Source: Candidatus Latescibacterota bacterium (lineage in GTDB: Bacteria; Latescibacterota; UBA2968; UBA8231). Taken from it: 64,000 bases of DNA. The notes under the pieces are model-generated. The model did no database searches. It saw nothing but the letters and a program-made list of their open reading frames with translations, and was not told where the DNA came from. Where the stretch lies: positions 128,001 through 192,000 of the forward strand of contig OZ244561.1 in assembly GCA_965217585.1 (NCBI GenBank). The letters are read 5' to 3'. A program made the position numbers and the translations under genes. Shown one piece after another: positions 59,601 through 64,000 of the stretch; within the stretch, counting starts at the first letter, position 1, and each line of letters begins with the position of its first letter.

Positions 59601-59802
59601 TCTCGAACCGCATGATGACTGGAAAGCCTTCGAAAAGCGTCAACGACTCAACGGGCTTGGGAGATACCTCTAGACGGGCGAGTTGAGTCCCGCAACTGCT
59701 GCAAAAGATGATTCGGCTTCCACAAGGCCACTGACAAACAGGACAAGCACCCATCGCCTTATCGACCCGCTCTTGACTCGCTTCCCTAGGCATTGGCACC
59801 AT
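56647..59802 (-). CDS. Divergent Hsp70-family ATPase with N-terminal double Zn ribbon and beta-rich insert
   Basis: CPVC...FCSSCG; VGIDFGTTNS, TYPAVF, ISEPEAIA, VFDCGGGTTDISI, LGGN, LAGNSSKLP, VAAGAA. Confidence 0.88.
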   Translation of the reverse strand: MVPMPREASQERVDKAMGACPVCQWPCGSRIIFCSSCGTQLARLEVSPKPVESLTLFEGFPVIMRFENTGKIPVELERLDGVEWGAWVSEANWPVSLDLGEAIEIRRLHAESHGQRGRLTLHSTVSPISFHYRVQKAPRIWLADEQGREFDQGTDGSQLWPVNQEAQRHDLALRAASEVVLERPPRLSKGDQVVDIVPAEEVSYPFRLGPDKALSVRLTQNQPLSEEGHPVHLVFPIQNRGDVDFHLNLKYTLRPVLRVEFKPPLFDRETAITSGSRTEKNVSAKITHSRGAQLRIDTVISDTSWLEVKNAEEVAGRSLRPWNAAADADEDSTLVLQLKIKTGHIPRLEKERVFKPKIIVKGEAIGEEEPTFEDEREFTVKVEPPKSLERPVGIDFGTTNSCLAYIENGKQIPRWAELDIQKPRNEVPTVFQFRAIRKRTERLEILGTLEADEHDLVATNNEEAIMRFGRKPFDQVAGITQDNFDVNDIWNSMSSICWSFKSALNRPYDSNIYIDTGMSGVLINGHPPNTRNISLTPVDQVAIYLRFMVERFIEESGCLPKEIFLTYPAVFNRQKQALQNAAEKALQDRDVEVRLEISEPEAIAVYYVWQLMVRANEDDMDEESVHKDDMDEQIIGVFDCGGGTTDISIVRYTIGDGEHQVDQVEILGSDGDNRLGGNLLTFCLAKYFYEELVPEQYRSHFPFPKDLRDGLRTQDPSVKTNFLKLYQLAEMIKTNSTTYERFQECFPPQRYKEVSQTRDAGLLDLLASGEKLNWPSIELASREEGDVFRINGLKRSINKSDLPRQLGSMDYHAILSVLRRELERGFKKLDLMQKELYKQKIISGFQLDHLILAGNSSKLPIVNEIAQGMETKEVSTPALSSLDSNNERKVSVAAGAALYGMSLLEDQEFPLEVSGVHKLNYPLGSYNMMRGFRPIFDRWLSLEKGKVHPYVSKVIPKRQSRTSQMVSLYEFFDWNYKNLKADRQKVAAIPMPLEERAFKQAAYWQYKLELRGDENNRGQLYYNFAVGQEKDGSDFEEIYDDYLKYEDFNYS

Positions 59803-62800
59803 CCATCACATATATATCGTCTTTGCAGTGAGGATCGCTATAGTCTAGGGGTTTGGCAAAACCATCTTTGTTCTGCAAGTGTTTGCCGATACGGTCGTCC
59901 AATTCGCTGTCGCTAATGCCCAAGCGCTGCTGCACATCCTTGAAATTCTCTTTGAAAGCCTTGATAAGCAAACTGTGGAACAAGTCATCCACATTCACAC
60001 TCTGGCCGTCTATTACAACTCTTCTTTTGGGATATACCTCACTCACTAGATGGCTTTGGAGGGCCAAGTACTGCTCAAAAACGAGGCCATTGCCATCCGA
60101 TTTCCAGTTATCCCAAATCTTTTGCACCGCTTGGCGCAGCCTATTTCGTGTCTCCCGGTCTCGGGCCAAACTCCGGCGTGCCACCTCGATATTGGGTCCG
60201 TAATCGTCCGTGTGCTTTAGGCCCTGTTCTTGGTAAGTTCGGTAGAATCCCCGTCTGTCAAAAGTCACTACCTCGAGTAAGATACCATCAATGAGCGGCT
60301 GTAGGGCATCCACTAGCATCCGCGCTTCTTGGTCGTCCCTAGGCGGTAGTATCTCCGGATATTTGATATAGTCTTTGGTCATGTACCGACGGAATACATT
60401 CTGCGGCACTCTAAGGTTGTTTTCGTATGCTCTGTGCAGCTTCCTCAAATTGTCGATAGCGAACAGAGGAAAGGCCATCCATTGACTGACAAATATCACC
60501 GAATCGGGGGCGTGATACTCCGCTTTGTATCCTCCCACGTTTTGGTCGACTAGCTCCTCCCACCTTTTTTCATTTGGGGGAAGTCCTATGGTTTTCCGAG
60601 TGTGGTTCGACATACCCTGCGGGGCAGGTTTCAACTCGGACATCCGCGCTTCGGCTAGCCGTGCTCGTTTCTGCATCTCCTCTTTCTCGTTATGTTTCTG
60701 ATTTTGCAACTCTTGAACGGCGTTTCTATCGGCATAGAACTCCTTAAATAGGTCAAACGCGAACCGACTCAGTGAATCCTCTACCTCTTCCCAATCACGA
60801 GGGGCATTGTTCTTATTCGCCGAGCGATTGAAAATAATGCGGGTACAATCTCGTATGGCATCGATCTCTGTCCCTTCGAGATTAGCGTACTCAGCAAACA
60901 GCGGCTTGGCTTCTTCCGAGCGGAAATACCTCCTCAAAATATCTTGCAAAATTTCCTTGAAACCGGCACCTGTCAGTCCTCTTTTTTCGAGCTCCTTCCT
61001 TATTGCCTCCTCATAGTTAAGTTCGGGCATGAGACTGAGGTTGCGTACACTGGGCATCCGCTTTCTATAAGAATTATGGAACCCCTCAAATCGGCTAACC
61101 AGATCTTGGAGATGTTTTTGAAATTCCTCTACCTTGGCCAGCAAACCGCTGAATTCCACATGGAGTTCACCATCTGCACCCCGGACTTCGGTCTGTTGGC
61201 CGACAAAGCCGATCATATTGTCAAGCAAGCCCTTTTCCTGCACCCGTCCCCCGGAATTGGGATTGAGCAGACGCCCAGCCGCTTCCTTCTCATAGCGAGT
61301 GGTGACCCATTCCTTGAGTTGCTTCTCGACAGCCTTCACCTGCTGCACCAGATTACGGGTGATAAGCTCGGCGTTCTGCTTAAGGGATTGCTTTTTGCGT
61401 CCTTTGTAATGGTTGATAGCAATGCGTTTAGTTAAGAAGGCAAAGGGCATCTCCTCCCTAGCCGCTTTTAGGCGAGCCTCGTATTTCTCGTAATCTTCGG
61501 TAAATTCGATTTCGAGCGGCGGTGCCTCTAGTGCTTCTATGTCCTGATTCTCCCTAGCCTGCAATTCCTCTTTGATGCGCTCCAGTTCGCGGACGGCGAT
61601 CTTCAGCCACTCAACCATAAACTTGGGGCCGAAATTCAAGGGGTCGCACAATAATTCAAGACACTCATCCTCTACCCGCTTTTCGAGCTTGGGACGATCC
61701 AAGCCGATATTTTCCAGGATCTGCGTCACACCATCGCCCTTTTTGGTGCCTTGCTGTAACAGTCTTTTCCCTACTCGATCCTTCACCTCGCGGACTAATC
61801 TACCCATATCCTGCCGCGTTTTTTCCACTAGGTGATCCAAATCCTTTTGATCCTCTACCGCCGATGCCGTGTGCAACTCGTTCTGCAACTCATTGAAAGC
61901 CGGTTCGATCAACTCGTTGACGACCTCATCAATCAAGGTGAAATCCTTTCCCGGCTTGGCCAAGCAGCGTTGCAAAAAGAGTTTCTCAGTTAGGCCCATC
62001 CCCTCTAAGCGGGGTTTGACATCGGCATCATCATAGCCCTGAGGGATTCTGTTGTCCTTGGCCATGATAAGTTCTACCAGATACTGAGCGCAGCGGTTAG
62101 CAGCCGCATTGGCCAGACGAGGCTGATTCAATTCAATCTGGGAGAGCCCGAAAGATGCATATCGGCATGGAAAATACTGGACATAGCTTCCGTTGTGGTA
62201 GCCTGTCACATCCTGTAGGTACTGCTCCATATTGGAACGTACGCTGCGCTTTTGAGCGGCAAATCTAGTCCGGTCGAAATCCAGCAGCAGAAACTCAGCA
62301 ATCATCTGGAACGTATCGGTAAATTCGGTGATGCGTTCGCCAGCCACATTCTCGTTGTCGAGCATATAGACCGTATCAAAAGGCGGTGCTGGCACCGGCC
62401 GAGGGCTACCACCCCAATTAAATTCGTGGGTGGAGTATTCGCTTGTCTCCTTATCCTCGTCGGCGACAAACCGGGGCTGCATGAAGTATTCGAGTTCCTT
62501 GAGGGCGGCAAAGCCATTGGCATGGACGGCTTCTGTCCCGGCGGATCCCACTACATCGTCGAAAACCGTGGGCATGGCAAGAAAAGCCGTGCGCGTAGAA
62601 GTTGGGAACAAAACTCGACACAGAAATCCGACATCGATAAAGCAGCCAGACCCCGTTCCACCGCCGAGAGACGATATAATAATGATATCGAAGGCACTAG
62701 TATCTACCGTATAATCTGGGTAATCGCGGTTCATGTCCGCGAAGGCCTCTTGGGCAGTTACTTTTCTCCCCAATCTTTCGATGGCGTCGTGAATTTCCGT

Positions 62801-63235
62801 GTAATGGTGGAAGAAAGCCAATCGCCCGAAGGAACGGATCTGCCCAGCACCTTGCATGATGGCATTAGCAGGCAGCGCGTCCAGTTCGCTGGGAAACCAG
62901 TCCCATATATGCGGATAGGCATTCTTGTTGAGCCGGTATCCAGCCAACTCCTCGGGCTGGACCCGTCCATCAATTTTCTGTGGAGCGGTAAGGTCAATGC
63001 GCTTGTCCAACTCGTCGGGCACCTCTCCGCTCAGGGACTGATTGCGGATATCAGTATCAAACCATAGGTACTCCATGATGGGTAAACCCGCTACTCTGTA
63101 CTTCTCGTAGAACATCCGTCGCAGCCGCCGCAGTACTTCCTTTCCCGTACCTCCCAAGCCGATCAAAAGCGTGGGACGGATATCGATCGTTTGGCTTCCT
63201 TCTTTTGCTGTACCTATAGTAGTTATCTCAACCAT
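59786..63235 (-). CDS. Large tubulin/FtsZ-like GTPase (Tubulin_2/FtsZl-type) with long helical C-terminus
   Basis: GAAGGAGA RBS, ATG 63235; LLIGLGGTG, FDTD, GAGQIRSFGR, SLGGGTGSG tubulin signature, ANGFAALKEL, PFDTVY. Confidence 0.9.
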   Translation of the reverse strand: MVEITTIGTAKEGSQTIDIRPTLLIGLGGTGKEVLRRLRRMFYEKYRVAGLPIMEYLWFDTDIRNQSLSGEVPDELDKRIDLTAPQKIDGRVQPEELAGYRLNKNAYPHIWDWFPSELDALPANAIMQGAGQIRSFGRLAFFHHYTEIHDAIERLGRKVTAQEAFADMNRDYPDYTVDTSAFDIIIISSLGGGTGSGCFIDVGFLCRVLFPTSTRTAFLAMPTVFDDVVGSAGTEAVHANGFAALKELEYFMQPRFVADEDKETSEYSTHEFNWGGSPRPVPAPPFDTVYMLDNENVAGERITEFTDTFQMIAEFLLLDFDRTRFAAQKRSVRSNMEQYLQDVTGYHNGSYVQYFPCRYASFGLSQIELNQPRLANAAANRCAQYLVELIMAKDNRIPQGYDDADVKPRLEGMGLTEKLFLQRCLAKPGKDFTLIDEVVNELIEPAFNELQNELHTASAVEDQKDLDHLVEKTRQDMGRLVREVKDRVGKRLLQQGTKKGDGVTQILENIGLDRPKLEKRVEDECLELLCDPLNFGPKFMVEWLKIAVRELERIKEELQARENQDIEALEAPPLEIEFTEDYEKYEARLKAAREEMPFAFLTKRIAINHYKGRKKQSLKQNAELITRNLVQQVKAVEKQLKEWVTTRYEKEAAGRLLNPNSGGRVQEKGLLDNMIGFVGQQTEVRGADGELHVEFSGLLAKVEEFQKHLQDLVSRFEGFHNSYRKRMPSVRNLSLMPELNYEEAIRKELEKRGLTGAGFKEILQDILRRYFRSEEAKPLFAEYANLEGTEIDAIRDCTRIIFNRSANKNNAPRDWEEVEDSLSRFAFDLFKEFYADRNAVQELQNQKHNEKEEMQKRARLAEARMSELKPAPQGMSNHTRKTIGLPPNEKRWEELVDQNVGGYKAEYHAPDSVIFVSQWMAFPLFAIDNLRKLHRAYENNLRVPQNVFRRYMTKDYIKYPEILPPRDDQEARMLVDALQPLIDGILLEVVTFDRRGFYRTYQEQGLKHTDDYGPNIEVARRSLARDRETRNRLRQAVQKIWDNWKSDGNGLVFEQYLALQSHLVSEVYPKRRVVIDGQSVNVDDLFHSLLIKAFKENFKDVQQRLGISDSELDDRIGKHLQNKDGFAKPLDYSDPHCKDDIYVMDGANA

Positions 63236-63337
63236 GGTGTTCTCCTTCAATGTTGATCCAACTCCGTCATTAGATGCTTTTCAGGTCGAAGCCCCCGACG
63301 GCTGTCGTACGAGGGCATTGGGACTCACTCGGAATTC

Positions 63338-64000
63338 TCAGCGGCGGCTTGGCCGGGTGACAAGTTTTGCTATCACCACAATGCAGAGGATCACCATTCC
63401 AAAGATGAGGATTCGCCATTCAATTTGCGAACTTGACTCCCAGCCCATCAAAAAATCAAAAAATCCGCTCAACCCCAAAGAGGCGATCAGCGCAATGCCT
63501 CCCCACAACACGAGGGCGGACCAACCAAAAGCTGTGGCCGGGTGCATGTCTCGGGTCTTGATGAGTCCGCTAAAAAGTAAGACCGAAAGGATATAGACGA
63601 TTACAGAAAGTACCAAAATCCAGACTATGCGCCCAACCTCCACATAGCGAAAGGTGCCCTTCGATCTAGTCTTCGGCGGAGGTACCCCTACCTCGACAGG
63701 TTCATATTGGTCCGAGGAGATGCCCAGCAGCGGTTTAGCTTCATCAATTGAGACCGCAAAGTTGAGATTCTGCCCCTCGTCGTGGCTAGAGCTTAGATTA
63801 AAACTTACCACGCCAATTACCTCTCCGTTCTGGTCGAATAAAGGCCCGCCGCTATTGCCCGGCGATACGGCGGCATCCGTCTGAATCAGCCTGAGGCCCT
63901 CCGGGGTAGTGCGAACCTCGGAGATAATCCCTTCGGTGACCGAGTATTCTAGCCCCAAGGGGTTGCCTATTGCCACCACGGGATCGCCCGAGCTCATATA
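63338..64000 (-). CDS. Trypsin-like (S1C/HtrA-type) serine protease with three C-terminal TM helices (5' end outside window)
   Basis: GDPVVAIGNPLGL..SVTEGIIS, IQTDAAVSPGNSGGPL, QNLNFAV, then hydrophobic segments instead of a PDZ domain. Confidence 0.88.
   Translation of the reverse strand, partial: YMSSGDPVVAIGNPLGLEYSVTEGIISEVRTTPEGLRLIQTDAAVSPGNSGGPLFDQNGEVIGVVSFNLSSSHDEGQNLNFAVSIDEAKPLLGISSDQYEPVEVGVPPPKTRSKGTFRYVEVGRIVWILVLSVIVYILSVLLFSGLIKTRDMHPATAFGWSALVLWGGIALIASLGLSGFFDFLMGWESSSQIEWRILIFGMVILCIVVIAKLVTRPSRR

Noticed and set aside
55628-63235. Housekeeping dnaK-grpE and ftsZ
   Set aside because: Sizes, extra domains and divergence are incompatible; no dnaJ/hrcA or division cluster
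53111-64000. Calling the locus canonical Zorya type I, II or III
   Set aside because: No ZorC, ZorD helicase, ZorE HNH or ZorF/G recognisable in the window, so gene symbols were withheld
1-64000. tRNA, rRNA, integrase, transposase or reverse transcriptase genes
   Set aside because: None recognised by eye; tRNAscan-SE, Infernal and HMM scans would be needed to exclude them

Overview
GC-rich bacterial window. The gene inventory (FG-GAP/ASPIC proteins, FlgD-Ig tailed secreted proteins, four PhyH dioxygenases, CehA/McbA hydrolases, a sulfatase) suggests a Latescibacterota/Gemmatimonadota/Poribacteria-like organism; this is inference only. The backbone carries catabolic genes, a BlaI-TlpA-BlaR1 module, a ~2,090-aa M28/FtsX/membrane fusion, and a cobalamin-riboswitch-controlled B12 uptake operon. 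Three visibly AT-richer accessory blocks interrupt it: (1) a Hachiman (hamAB) defence pair whose helicase ends in a HIRAN-like domain, flanked by a 221-bp duplication of a PhyH gene 3' end; (2) a HicA toxin followed by a HicB-restriction endonuclease in-frame fusion and a convergent N6-adenine methyltransferase; (3) the best candidate for an undescribed system, a minus-strand operon from 53.1 kb to the window end: membrane trypsin protease, tubulin/FtsZ-like GTPase, Zn-ribbon Hsp70-like ATPase, GrpE-like protein, ZorA/MotA-like and ZorB/MotB-OmpA-like proteins, with no canonical Zorya effector visible. A recurring signature of integrase-free insertions that leave displaced gene 3' ends is also visible. 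All family calls come from motif recognition by eye; no database searches were run.
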